A stretch of 64,000 nt of DNA from Gemmatimonadota bacterium. Its GTDB lineage: Bacteria; Gemmatimonadota; Gemmatimonadetes; Gemmatimonadales; Gemmatimonadaceae. The position numbers were made by a program, and so were the translations under genes. The notes under the pieces are model-generated. The model did no database searches, was not told the origin of the DNA, and saw only the letters and a program-made list of their open reading frames with translations. Shown piece after piece: positions 1 through 9,689 of the stretch. The stretch covers positions 126,929 through 190,928 of the forward strand of contig JAZJZK010000012.1 in assembly GCA_040389905.1 (NCBI GenBank), in the 5' to 3' direction. Position 1 is the stretch's first letter; each line of letters starts with the position of its first letter.

Positions 1-1749
1 GACGGGCAGCCGGCTCCTCAAGCGAAGTGGAAGCTCAGCAAGGTCATTGACGGCTCGTGGCAGACGATCAGCGACGGTGGTGTCACAGGGTCGACGGGAC
101 TCTTTCACTTCTGCAATGGTCTCGCGATTGGCGAAACGGTGCGCGTCGAAGCATGGCGCGACGGCCAGTCACCCGACGTGTCGCTGCGCCGCATCACCGA
201 CAGCCTGACGATCGTTCGCGCATCGTTGAAGAACGCGCTCGTCGCGCGCGCGGTCGCGAACGCACCGGGGCGGTTGCTTCAGGGCGTCGTCGTCGACTCG
301 ACAACGCGGACTCCAGTTGCGGGCGCGCACGTGTCGCTTGTTGGAACGTCGCTCAGCGGCGTGTCCGACAGTGCCGGCCGCTTCTCGATCGTCAACGTGC
401 CAACTGGCGATTACGCTGCCGCCGTCCGGACCTGGACACTCGACTCGCTCGGCGCCGTCGTGCAGTCGGGTTTCGCGTTCACGGACTCGACGTCGTCAGT
501 CACTCTGCTCGTGCCGCCTGCGTCGCGTGTCGCGGCGTCGGTGTGCGGCGTTCGCGACGCAAACGCCGAGGGGTTGATTATCGGCAGTGTGGAAATGCGC
601 GGCGATACGGTTCCGGTATCGAGCGTTCGCGTCGTCGCGGATTGGACGACATCCTCGACGCGGCGTGGGGTTTCGGGAAACGTGAATCATTGGGCGGAAA
701 CCGTCACGGACGAGCGCGGTGACTTCAAGCTGTGCGGCGTGCCGCTGAATACAGCGCTTACAGTGCGTGCGGAATCTGACAGCGCGGGCGCGGTTCCATC
801 GGAGATGCGCGTCGCGGCGGGTGGTGCGTTCGCTCGCGCCGAACTCACACTCGATCGGGACATCAAGCGAGGTGCGGTCTTCCGTGGTCTGGTCGTCACC
901 GATTCGACGCTGATGCCCATTCCGGACGCGGAAGTGTCGTTCCCCGGGTTGGCGCGCACCGTACTCACGAATGATCGTGGCGCGTTCCGTTTCCCAGAAA
1001 TCCCAGCGGGGATTCAGGACGTAAGCGTGCGGCGGCTCTCGTTCGGCCCGATCAACACGAAGCTGCAGTTCTTTCCGAACACCACGCTGGACCGTCGCAT
1101 CTTCCTGCACCCGGCGATCACACTCAATGCTGTCGAGACGATCGCAAGCGCCGTGATTCCGAGCTTCGAGGAGAATCGGCGGATGGGGCTAGGGAAGTTC
1201 CTCGACCGCGAGCAATTGGCGAAGTACGAGGGCGCACAGATGTCGCAGGCGCTCGCGCAGATGCAAGGCGCCAATGCACTGCTGTCGCTCAACGGCAGTC
1301 ACGCCTATGTGATGGTGAACCGGCGTGGAGCGGCAAAGCTCCCGCGCTGCACGATGGGGTTGCAAGAAAAAATGGGCGACCCTAGCAAGATTATTCAACA
1401 GAACTCCACCTGTTCTGGCGGTCCCGTCGCCGCCTCTGCGCAGGGGACGCCATCGTCCAGCGAAAAGCGCGACATGGCCACGCAGGAGATGCGGGATCTC
1501 GGCCTCTACTGCCCGTCGCAAGCCGAGCAGGCCATGGGTATGACGTGCGGCTGCTACGCCCAGGTCTACGTCGACAACGCGCTGATGAACCCCGGCAAGC
1601 CCACGGAGCCGTTCGACATCAACACGATGCCGCCGTCAACGATCGAGGCGCTCGAGCTGTACGCCAGTCCGGCCCAAACGCCGATCCGTTATCAGCGGAT
1701 GAATTCAGCGTGCGGTGTCGTCGTCATTCACACTCGGCGTTCACAGTGA
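1..1749 (+). CDS. Carboxypeptidase-regulatory-like (Ig-type) repeat protein with C-terminal TonB plug-like domain; 5' partial
   Basis: Frame is open from base 1. Repeated G-x-V-x-D...P-V/I-x-x-A-x-V...TD-x-x-G-x-F units. C-terminus YVDN...DINTMPPSTIEALELY...CGVVVIHTRR is plug-like, with no beta-barrel. Confidence 0.75.
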   Translation, partial: DGQPAPQAKWKLSKVIDGSWQTISDGGVTGSTGLFHFCNGLAIGETVRVEAWRDGQSPDVSLRRITDSLTIVRASLKNALVARAVANAPGRLLQGVVVDSTTRTPVAGAHVSLVGTSLSGVSDSAGRFSIVNVPTGDYAAAVRTWTLDSLGAVVQSGFAFTDSTSSVTLLVPPASRVAASVCGVRDANAEGLIIGSVEMRGDTVPVSSVRVVADWTTSSTRRGVSGNVNHWAETVTDERGDFKLCGVPLNTALTVRAESDSAGAVPSEMRVAAGGAFARAELTLDRDIKRGAVFRGLVVTDSTLMPIPDAEVSFPGLARTVLTNDRGAFRFPEIPAGIQDVSVRRLSFGPINTKLQFFPNTTLDRRIFLHPAITLNAVETIASAVIPSFEENRRMGLGKFLDREQLAKYEGAQMSQALAQMQGANALLSLNGSHAYVMVNRRGAAKLPRCTMGLQEKMGDPSKIIQQNSTCSGGPVAASAQGTPSSSEKRDMATQEMRDLGLYCPSQAEQAMGMTCGCYAQVYVDNALMNPGKPTEPFDINTMPPSTIEALELYASPAQTPIRYQRMNSACGVVVIHTRRSQ

Positions 1750-2160
1750 TGGTTCGCCGCCGTCACAATTAACCAACCACGGGATCCCGAACCGGTCGAC
1801 GACCATTCCGAAGCGCGCCGCCCAGAAGGTCTTTTCGAGCGGCATGACCACCTTGCCGTCTGTCGCCAGCTCGCGAAAGATGCGCTCGGCCTCCGTTATG
1901 TCTGAAAGCTGGATGGAGAGCGAGAATCCCTTCGGCGCCTCGTAGCGGCCGGGCACGATGTCGGCGCCCATGAGCGCGTGCTCACCAACAGTGATGCTGC
2001 CGTGCATGATCTTATCCTGCCAACCGGCTGGCGCGTCACCCTCCATCGGACTCCCCCCATAGCGGAAGACCGGGCCGATCTGGCCGCCGAGGTGTTTTTC
2101 GTAAAACGCGAACGCGGCTTCACAGTCGCCGTTGAAACTCAGGTATGATGCGATCTGCAT
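1741..2160 (-). CDS. VOC/PhnB-like glyoxalase family protein
   Basis: MQIASYLSFNGDCEAAF...IMHG...MPLEKTFWAARFGMVVDRFGIPW. GAGGA RBS precedes the ATG at 2160; the longer ORF start at 2580 overlaps the permease gene. Confidence 0.9.
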   Translation of the reverse strand: MQIASYLSFNGDCEAAFAFYEKHLGGQIGPVFRYGGSPMEGDAPAGWQDKIMHGSITVGEHALMGADIVPGRYEAPKGFSLSIQLSDITEAERIFRELATDGKVVMPLEKTFWAARFGMVVDRFGIPWLVNCDGGEPSL

Positions 2161-2339
2161 GGGTTCCTCGACGTCGCTGGGGAAGACAGCATTATCCGCT
2201 ATACGATGCCGTCCATTCGCTTTGTTAGCAACGCCGCATCTGCGCCGATGCTGGTGAGTAGCTCCGCACCAGGCCCGCTCTTCTGGCTCAGAATGCCGAG
2301 CAGAAAGTGGTGAGGCCGCCGCTAGCATTGCCGCCTTTC

Positions 2340-5018
2340 TTACAACCCCTTGAGCGCTTGCGCCGGCGCGATGGACGCCGCGCGGCGCGCGGGAATCCAG
2401 CCAGCCATTAGCGCGGTCACCATGAGAACCGCCGCGACGACGCCCATCGTGACCGAATCGCGCGGTGTTACGCCGAACAGAAACGAGGCGATGAGCTGAG
2501 TCGCTGCCATCGCTGCGCCGATGCCAACTGTGATCCCAATTGCCGACGTCGTCGCTGTTTCGCTCAACACCGCTGACCATACGCGCCGCTGCGTGGCGCC
2601 AAGCGCCATGCGGATCCCGATGTCTCGCGTGCGCCGTGTCACCTCGAACGAGGCGATGCCGTAAAGGCCCACCAGCGATAGCAGAAGTGCCAGGACACCG
2701 TAGCCAAGCGACAAGCGCGCCATCAAGCGCTCGCGCATCAGTGCCGCGTCCAGTTGCTGCTCCATCGTGCGGACATACGCCACGGTCACATGTCTCGAGA
2801 GCGCGGCAACGTCGCCGCGGATCGCCGACGCGAGAGCGCCTGGATTCGACTGCACGTGCACGGCGACGGTGATGCGGCGAACATCCCCGACAAGCTCCTT
2901 CGACCCGAGCTTCGACTGGGCGAGCGCAGTGTAGACGGTACGCGACGGCTCATCCCGCAGGCTCTCGAAGCGCGCACTCCGCACCACGCCCACGATGGTG
3001 TACGGTTCACGATCGACCCCGACCACGATGCGACGCCCGAGTGGATCCGATGTGCCGAAGTACGCGCGGACCAGGGTCTCATCAACAACGGCGACGGGGT
3101 CTGACCCCGCGCGATCCGAGTCGGTGAATTCTCGCCCTCGGGTGACCCGCATGCCGAACACACGGAAGAAATCCGGCGTGACGATGTTCGTCGACGCGCT
3201 GGGGCTTGCATCCGATATCGCGAGTCCCGGGACCTCGATCCGGCGGATCTGCGTCGACTCGTCGAGTGGACTGCGCTGCGTGAACGTCACGGCGAGCACG
3301 CCCGGCCGCGCACGCAGGCGCGAATCGAGCTCGTTGAAGAACGTCGCCCTCCGTTCGGGCGTCATCGACCGGTCGCCGGCGTCGATGTTGAACAACACGG
3401 TGCTCGCGCGTGTGAAGCCCGGATCGAACGAGCGCATATTCATGACGCTTCGCGCGAGTAACGCTGCCACGCAGATAACCAGCGCCGACAGCGCGAGTTG
3501 CCCCACGACGAGCCACCTCCCCACCGTGAGCGGGCCGCTGCGTTGCGCCGCGGCGCTCTCCTTGAGCATTGGCGTTACATCCACCTTGCTCGAGCGCAGG
3601 GCGGGAGCGAGCCCCACGAGCACGCTGGTCAGAATTGATACTGATGCAGTGAAGGCCAGCACATGCCAGTTGACGCTTGCGTCGACAATCACTGGCCGTT
3701 CGCCGACAGCCATTGCCGTGGTGATCATGGACGTCGACAACGATGCCACGAGGCCGCCCAGTGCGCCGCCGGCGAGCGCGAGCAGCAGGCTCTCGGTCAG
3801 CATCTGCCGCACGAGCCGCGCTCGGCTCGCGCCGAGACTGAGGCGGACCGCCATTTCCTTGGCGCGAACGGTGCCGCGGGCGAACGACAGGTTCGCGACG
3901 TTCGCGCAGGCGATCAGCAGGACAATACCAACCATCCCGAGCAACACGCCGAGCGCCAAGCCGAACGTGCGCCGTAGACCATCTGATCCGCGACCGGCCG
4001 GAAGCAGTGCGGCGCGGCGCACGTCGCCGGGGCGTCGTTCGCTCTCCGGCTCCGCCCAGTACCGCTGAAACAGATCACCCGCCGCGGCGAGTGCCTGCGT
4101 TTCCGCTTGGTTCGGGCGAAGACGAGCCACGAGGCGGAGGGAAATCCAACGATCGCGCGCGCCGAGGAACGACGGATCGCTGAGCGCGCGGACGGACATC
4201 GGGAGCGTGATATCCGTGCGAATGCCGGAGGTCAGGCCATGAAAGCCTGGGGCCGTCACACCGACGATCGTAAAGGTGCGACCTCCACTCGACAGTGTTT
4301 TCCCGACGATGTTCGGATCTCGCCCGAAGCGACGCCCCCAGTAACCGTCACTGATCACGGCAACCAAAGGACGTCCATCTGGCCGGTCCGGCTCGTCGGA
4401 AAAGCCATGCCCCATGGCGAAGGGCGCTCCGATGGTCGCGTGGTAGTTCCCGCTTACGTACTGGCCTTCGACGCGCTCGAGACCCTCGGGTGTCTCAACG
4501 GTCAACGTCGTCTGTAGTGAGGACGTCACGCTCGCAAAGATGCCGGACGCCCTGTAGCGCTCGAGCAGTGGGTAATTCGACGACAGTTCCCTGTCCTTCC
4601 CGCTTCCGTGTCCGAGGAAATACAGTTGCGCTGGGTTGGCGATGGGGAGCGTCCGAAAGAGCACGGCATCCATCAACCCGAAGATGGCGCTGTTCGCGCC
4701 GATGCCGAGTGCGAGGGAGAGCACAGCGGCTATCGTGAAGCCCGGGCTCCGAGCGAGTTGGCGGACCGCGTAACGAAGGTCCTGACGCAATTCACCGACG
4801 AATCGAACGCCACGCGCCTCCCTGCACTCTTCCTGATGCGACGCCTCGGCGCCGAAGGCGAGGCGCGCCTGTCGCCGCGCGTCCTCCGGGGCAAGACCGC
4901 TGCGGATCAGATCATCGGTGAGGGTATCCAGGTGAAACTGCATCTCCTCGGCCATCGAGCGTTCGAACTCGCGACGCCCGAAGACCATGCGAGCGAACGA
5001 ACGAAGCTGTGGCAGCAT
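2340..5018 (-). CDS. ADOP-family (duplicated MacB/FtsX) ABC permease
   Basis: EEMQFHL prefix domain, [23 protein letters not shown] and [14 protein letters not shown], with two permease halves. Lies directly downstream of PadR. Confidence 0.93.
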   Translation of the reverse strand: MLPQLRSFARMVFGRREFERSMAEEMQFHLDTLTDDLIRSGLAPEDARRQARLAFGAEASHQEECREARGVRFVGELRQDLRYAVRQLARSPGFTIAAVLSLALGIGANSAIFGLMDAVLFRTLPIANPAQLYFLGHGSGKDRELSSNYPLLERYRASGIFASVTSSLQTTLTVETPEGLERVEGQYVSGNYHATIGAPFAMGHGFSDEPDRPDGRPLVAVISDGYWGRRFGRDPNIVGKTLSSGGRTFTIVGVTAPGFHGLTSGIRTDITLPMSVRALSDPSFLGARDRWISLRLVARLRPNQAETQALAAAGDLFQRYWAEPESERRPGDVRRAALLPAGRGSDGLRRTFGLALGVLLGMVGIVLLIACANVANLSFARGTVRAKEMAVRLSLGASRARLVRQMLTESLLLALAGGALGGLVASLSTSMITTAMAVGERPVIVDASVNWHVLAFTASVSILTSVLVGLAPALRSSKVDVTPMLKESAAAQRSGPLTVGRWLVVGQLALSALVICVAALLARSVMNMRSFDPGFTRASTVLFNIDAGDRSMTPERRATFFNELDSRLRARPGVLAVTFTQRSPLDESTQIRRIEVPGLAISDASPSASTNIVTPDFFRVFGMRVTRGREFTDSDRAGSDPVAVVDETLVRAYFGTSDPLGRRIVVGVDREPYTIVGVVRSARFESLRDEPSRTVYTALAQSKLGSKELVGDVRRITVAVHVQSNPGALASAIRGDVAALSRHVTVAYVRTMEQQLDAALMRERLMARLSLGYGVLALLLSLVGLYGIASFEVTRRTRDIGIRMALGATQRRVWSAVLSETATTSAIGITVGIGAAMAATQLIASFLFGVTPRDSVTMGVVAAVLMVTALMAGWIPARRAASIAPAQALKGL

Positions 5019-5019
5019 C

Positions 5020-5361
5020 TCACACCTCCTGCGGTGTGGCGCTCATCGCCGCGGCGATGGCAGCAACGAGGCGGTTCCAGCTCGCCGCTTCTTCCTTCAT
5101 GCGTTGCCGGCCGGCAGGCGTGAGGCGATAGAAGCGCGCCTTTCTCTTGTTGTCGCTCTCGCCCCACTCCGCCTCGATGAGGCCCTGATGTTCCAGGCGA
5201 TACAGCGCGGGATACAACGAGCCCTGCGTAATCTCGAGTGCGTCTTTCGAGATCTGGCCAATGCGCAGCAGCACACCGTACCCATGCAGGGGCTTCAGCG
5301 AGATGGCCTTGAGAATGAGCATGTCCAACGTGCCCGGCAGCAATTGTGCAGTCTTCGTCAT
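5020..5361 (-). CDS. PadR family transcriptional regulator (acidobacterial type)
   Basis: [12 protein letters not shown]...HGYG...[12 protein letters not shown]...[13 protein letters not shown]. One base separates it from the permease gene. Confidence 0.95.
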   Translation of the reverse strand: MTKTAQLLPGTLDMLILKAISLKPLHGYGVLLRIGQISKDALEITQGSLYPALYRLEHQGLIEAEWGESDNKRKARFYRLTPAGRQRMKEEAASWNRLVAAIAAAMSATPQEV

Positions 5362-5367
5362 CGCACT

Positions 5368-5419
5368 CTCCCAGTCTGGCTAGGAGTATGGCGACGCTCT
5401 CCTAGCCTGTCAAGGAGAG
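5368..5419 (-). promoter_or_regulatory. sigma70-type promoter of the padR-permease operon with two palindromic operator-like boxes
   Basis: On the minus strand, TTGACA (5413-5408), a 17-bp spacer, then CATACT (5390-5385). Imperfect palindromes CTCCCAGTCTGGCTAGGAG (5368-5386) and CTCTCCTAGCCTGTCAAGGAGAG (5397-5419) overlap the -10 and -35. Confidence 0.7.
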
Positions 5420-5426
5420 AACAGAA

Positions 5427-5580
5427 GAGCCTGAGCGTGAGCCTCCAGCTTTGAGCGAATCAGAGCTCGAGCAGGAGCTGTGAGCACAAGCTCAAGCTCT
5501 GAGTTGCTCATTGCTCAAGGCTCACGCTCCTGCTCGCGCTCCCGCTGATGGCTCACGTTCCAGCTCCAGCTCGCGCTCGG
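5427..5580. repeat. Intergenic low-complexity GAGC/GCTC quasi-palindromic repeat
   Basis: The left half is built of GAGC units and the right half of GCTC units, so it could fold as a long imperfect hairpin. Confidence 0.5.
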
Positions 5581-5690
5581 CATTTTTTCGCACAACTTTC
5601 TTACCGCAGCGCCCCTGCCGGCCCCTCTGCGAAAGGCTACCCTGGGTCTGTCCCGTTGCGCGTCTTGCGAACTGAGGGAGATTCCTGGCG

Positions 5691-6572
5691 ATGATGACAC
5701 GACGAGAAGCACTCCGGATGCTCGGCGCGGTTTCGGCATCGACAATCTTGCCTTTGTCGCGTGGCACGCGTTGGGCGCAACAGACGGCCGTGCCCCCGCT
5801 GGCGCCCGGCGCACCCACCTCGCGCGAACGGATGGCGCTGATCGAGGCATTCCCGAAGGCCTCTGCCGGTGTCGAGCAGCAATTCGAGGCGCGGAGCTTC
5901 GGCACCGATTGGGTCATGCCCTATCGGCTCTTCCGGCCGAAGGCGAGCGGACGACTACCGCTGGTCATGTTCCTGCACGGCAGCGGCGGACAGGGCACCG
6001 ACAACGTCAAGCAAATGGGATTGGGAAACATCTTCGGCACGCGGCTCTGGGCACTGCCGGAACTGCAGGCGAGCTTTCCCTGTTACGTGGTCGTTCCACA
6101 GACCGACCGGGGATGGGTGCGGTATGGCCCTCCGGCCCCCGGTGATTCGATCGCGCGGGTCGTCCCGGGACTTGGCGATGGTGCACGCGTCGCACTGGAC
6201 ATCGTCGATCAACTCATCAAGGAGTTTCCCGTCGACAACCGGCGTATCTACCTCACCGGCCAGTCGATGGGTGGCGCAGGTGTATGGAATATGACGGCCC
6301 ATCGTCCAGGGTTTTTCGCCGCGGCAGTCGCGTGCTGCGGAAGCGCCTCCCTGGACGACGCCGCGGCTTCCCTTGCCACGCCGCTCTGGAACTTCCATGG
6401 CGAGGCCGACCAGACCGTGCCCGTCTCGGTTTCCCGCACGCGCCTCGCCGCGCTACGGAAGGCTGGAGGCCACCCGCTCTCCACTGAATACGCGGGTGTT
6501 GGCCACAACGCGTGGGAATGGGCGTATACGGAGCCAGCGCTTGCGCGATGGGTGTTCAGTCAGCACCGGTGA
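5691..6572 (+). CDS. Tat-exported alpha/beta hydrolase (predicted peptidase/carboxylesterase)
   Basis: TRREAL twin-arginine leader, FLHGSGG, nucleophile elbow GQSMGG, FHGEAD, GHNAW. Confidence 0.85.
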   Translation: MMTRREALRMLGAVSASTILPLSRGTRWAQQTAVPPLAPGAPTSRERMALIEAFPKASAGVEQQFEARSFGTDWVMPYRLFRPKASGRLPLVMFLHGSGGQGTDNVKQMGLGNIFGTRLWALPELQASFPCYVVVPQTDRGWVRYGPPAPGDSIARVVPGLGDGARVALDIVDQLIKEFPVDNRRIYLTGQSMGGAGVWNMTAHRPGFFAAAVACCGSASLDDAAASLATPLWNFHGEADQTVPVSVSRTRLAALRKAGGHPLSTEYAGVGHNAWEWAYTEPALARWVFSQHR

Positions 6573-6580
6573 GCTGACGC

Positions 6581-7339
6581 TCACCGCACCATGAGATACA
6601 GGGACGCAATCAACCCGAAGCAGACGACGGCGGCACGCACGTATCGTTGATTCACCTTTTGCGCGACCATCGCCGTGAGTTGCGCGGCGACGATCGCCGC
6701 AATGGCCATCATGATCGCGAGCTTCCACAGCACCACTCGGCGAAGCACGAACACGACGATGGCCGCGGCGTTCATGCCGAGTCCCGCGACGAGCTTGAGT
6801 CCATTCATGCGATGGACGTCTCGCAGGCCCATCGAGTGGAACATTGCGAGCATGACGAATCCCGCGCCGGCACCGAAGTAGCCACCGTAGATGCCCACGG
6901 CGAATTGAATGGCGAATGACGTCGGGGTCAGTGCCAATGCTTCGACGCTGCCCTCTTCGTCCGCGGCGTTCGCAATGCGGGGGCCGAAGGCAAACAGCAG
7001 CGTTGCGAAGAGAATCAGCCACGGGACCACGCGCGAGAAGACCAGATCGGACGTATGCGTGAGAGCGAATGCGCCAACCGCACCGCCCAACGCGCTGGTG
7101 AGCATCATCTGGCGCTGAAGCCCGGCGGTGCCGACGAGACTCTTCCGGTAGCCGACGGCTCCGCTCAGGCCTCCCGGAAGGAGACCCACCGTACTCGTCG
7201 CGTTGGCGACGATCGGTGGAATGCCGGTCGCGACAAGGACTGGAAACGCGATCAACATCCCGCCACCGGCGATGGCATTCACTGCGCTCGCCGCCGCGGC
7301 TGCGGTCATCGCAAGAGCGATGGTCGAGACATCGCTCAC
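6581..7339 (-). CDS. Sulfite exporter TauE/SafE family membrane protein
   Basis: NAIAGGG, ANATST and GIYGGYFGAGAG, with multiple TM helices. Probable GTG start at 7339; the longer ORF extension is antisense to the GH27 gene. Confidence 0.88.
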   Translation of the reverse strand: MSDVSTIALAMTAAAAASAVNAIAGGGMLIAFPVLVATGIPPIVANATSTVGLLPGGLSGAVGYRKSLVGTAGLQRQMMLTSALGGAVGAFALTHTSDLVFSRVVPWLILFATLLFAFGPRIANAADEEGSVEALALTPTSFAIQFAVGIYGGYFGAGAGFVMLAMFHSMGLRDVHRMNGLKLVAGLGMNAAAIVVFVLRRVVLWKLAIMMAIAAIVAAQLTAMVAQKVNQRYVRAAVVCFGLIASLYLMVR

Positions 7340-7429
7340 GGTGGCGTCGTCATCGAGTGCCGAGTCGAGTCCGTCATCCGCGCAAGATAACTGCTTGTTT
7401 TGTCGCCCGATGCGCGCGCAATTTGGGGT

Positions 7430-8776
7430 ATGAAGACTCGTGACGTATTGCCCATTGCCTGCGCGGCGCTCGCATGCCTGGTCGTGCCTGAACTGTTCGC
7501 GCAGCGAGCGCCGCTCGCGCCCACACCGCCCATGGGCTGGAACAGTTGGGACTCGTACGGTACCACAGTCACCGAGGCGCAGGTGAAGGCGAATGCCGAC
7601 GCCATGGCGCGCGACCTCGCTCGCTTCGGGTGGCAGTACATCACGGTCGACATTCAGTGGTACCAGCCCACCGCGCGCGGCCACGATTACGTCGTGGGTG
7701 CTCGACTCTCGATGGACGACTCCGGACGACTGCTCCCTTCCCCCAACAAGTTTCCTTCCGCCGCCAATGGTGCAGGCTTCAAGCCGCTCGCGGACTACAT
7801 CCATGCGAAAGGCCTGAAGTTTGGCATCCACATCATGCGCGGAATCCCGCGCCAGGCCGTCGCAGCCAATGCTCCGATTCCCGGCACACCGTACCACGCA
7901 CGCGACATCGCTGATACCACCAACGGTTGCCGCTGGAATCCCGACATGTGGGGCGTGGATGTCACCAAGCCGGGAGGTCAGGCGTACTACGACGCCATCG
8001 CGACACTCTATGCCTCCTGGGGCGTGGACTTCGTGAAGGCCGACGACATGGGCGATCACAAGTTCCAGCCATCGGAGATTGCGGCCCTCCGTCTCGCGCT
8101 CGACAAGACGCGACGTCCGATCATCCTCAGCATCTCTCCCGGTCCTGCGCCGCTCGGCCAGGCCGCGTTCTTCGCCGAGCATTCGCAGATGTGGCGCATC
8201 TCGGATGACTTCTGGGATAGCTGGCGTCTCGTGCGTAAACAGTTCGACTACACACGTGACTGGGCACCGTACGTAGGCGTGAACGGTGGTTGGCCGGACG
8301 CCGACATGCTTCCGTTCGGGCGCCTTCGCATTACCGACTCGGCCGGCCGCGGTTCGCCGAGCCGCCTCAATGCGGACGAGCAGCGAACGGTAATGACGCT
8401 CTTCAGCATCTTTCGTTCGCCACTGATCATGGGTGGCGATTTGCCGACGATGGACGCTCCCACCCTCGCCTTGCTCACGAATCCAGAGGTGCTGGCGGTG
8501 AACCAAGGCGGGCGAGGTCCTCGCCAGGTACTCGATCAATCCGGAATACGCGTATGGACCTCTCTCGCACCGGCGGCAGCGGATCGCTTCGTGGCGTTAT
8601 TCAATCTCGATACGCTGCCTCGCACCGTTTCGCTCCCGTGGACGGACGTCGCACTTTCAAACGGCCGTCACCGAGTTCGTGACCTCTGGGGACGGAAGGC
8701 CCTCGGCGACGCTGATTCACTGCGCGCCGAATTGCCAGCGCATGGAAGCGTTTTGTACCGTGTCAGCGCACCGTGA
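7430..8776 (+). CDS. Glycoside hydrolase family 27 (alpha-galactosidase / beta-L-arabinopyranosidase-like)
   Basis: Signal peptide, TPPMGWNSW, VDIQWY, GLKFGIH, WGVDFVKADD, WRISDD, WPDADMLP and a C-terminal beta-sandwich. Confidence 0.93.
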   Translation: MKTRDVLPIACAALACLVVPELFAQRAPLAPTPPMGWNSWDSYGTTVTEAQVKANADAMARDLARFGWQYITVDIQWYQPTARGHDYVVGARLSMDDSGRLLPSPNKFPSAANGAGFKPLADYIHAKGLKFGIHIMRGIPRQAVAANAPIPGTPYHARDIADTTNGCRWNPDMWGVDVTKPGGQAYYDAIATLYASWGVDFVKADDMGDHKFQPSEIAALRLALDKTRRPIILSISPGPAPLGQAAFFAEHSQMWRISDDFWDSWRLVRKQFDYTRDWAPYVGVNGGWPDADMLPFGRLRITDSAGRGSPSRLNADEQRTVMTLFSIFRSPLIMGGDLPTMDAPTLALLTNPEVLAVNQGGRGPRQVLDQSGIRVWTSLAPAAADRFVALFNLDTLPRTVSLPWTDVALSNGRHRVRDLWGRKALGDADSLRAELPAHGSVLYRVSAP

Positions 8777-8796
8777 GGGCTATTCCGCCCGTTTAG

Positions 8797-8822
8797 TCGC
8801 CCTGAGCGAAGCGAAGGGCCCG
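8797..8822. repeat. Single REP-like element
   Basis: GTCGCCCTGAGCGAAGCGAAGGGCCC lies between convergent genes and shares the TGAGCGAAGCGAA core with the REP at 27594. Confidence 0.5.
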
Positions 8823-8837
8823 CACCTTACGATTTGG

Positions 8838-9392
8838 CTATGTGAACCGTGGAGCGAATGCGGCTTTGAGTGCGAGGTTCCGCATCAGTCGGTTCGGTGT
8901 GTCGCGACGCGGTAATCCACTGCCGACATCGGCCGAGGCGTGCAACGTTGATGTCGATTGCCGCCCATCACCGTTGCCGTTGCCATCGCCATCGCCGCGA
9001 CGCAAAAGCAGGATCGCGAGCTCGTAGAGAGCAAGTAGCGGAGCGGCATAGATCAGATTGAGTACCAGGACATCGCCGCGAGTGGCAATCGCCGCCCCTG
9101 CAAACATCAACACGGCTGCGTGACGGCGATATCTCGTCAATACTCCCAGTAGCGTCGTACGCCGCTGCCCGACCGCCGAGTCGTCAGTTGCAGGGCGACC
9201 CTGAAGCTCCTGGAGCGCTCTGTCGAATGCCTCTGACGACACGCCGACTTCCGCCGCCACTTCGCGCAACTGCGCCAGCGAGATCTCCGATGCGGCACGC
9301 GAGTCCAACTCGACGGCGCGAGCTAGCAAACGATGCGCGGCGTCCTCCGTGAGCCACTCCCTATCGCGCGGATCTTCGTCATGGTTCGGCAT
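8838..9392 (-). CDS. Hypothetical membrane protein
   Basis: LLARAVELD...LAQLREVAAEVG N-terminal helical motif followed by two hydrophobic segments. Confidence 0.6.
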   Translation of the reverse strand: MPNHDEDPRDREWLTEDAAHRLLARAVELDSRAASEISLAQLREVAAEVGVSSEAFDRALQELQGRPATDDSAVGQRRTTLLGVLTRYRRHAAVLMFAGAAIATRGDVLVLNLIYAAPLLALYELAILLLRRGDGDGNGNGDGRQSTSTLHASADVGSGLPRRDTPNRLMRNLALKAAFAPRFT

Positions 9393-9689
9393 TGTCGGCG
9401 GTCTCGGTTGTGTTCGCCAAAGGTGAAGAGCGGACTTCACGGATGCAACGGAATGAGCACGGATCCAATCCTGAAGCAATCCGGCAGTTTCAGTCAAAAT
9501 CCGTTTCATCCGCTCCTGAAACGAAAAGGGTCACCATCCGCACCCCCCGGCAAATGATTCCCCCGTTTAGCGAGCCACCACGAGCTGCGTGTTCCGGCGA
9601 TCTGTTCCGTTCATCGTCATGTGCGACCTCGGTACGAGTGAGAATGGTGCGCCCCCGGAGATATTGAAAGCCGGATCGCCGAGTCTAGA

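Noticed and set aside
7340..8539. 652-aa N-terminally extended TauE fusion
   Set aside because: The extension is the antisense shadow of the GH27 gene, which is common in high-GC DNA.
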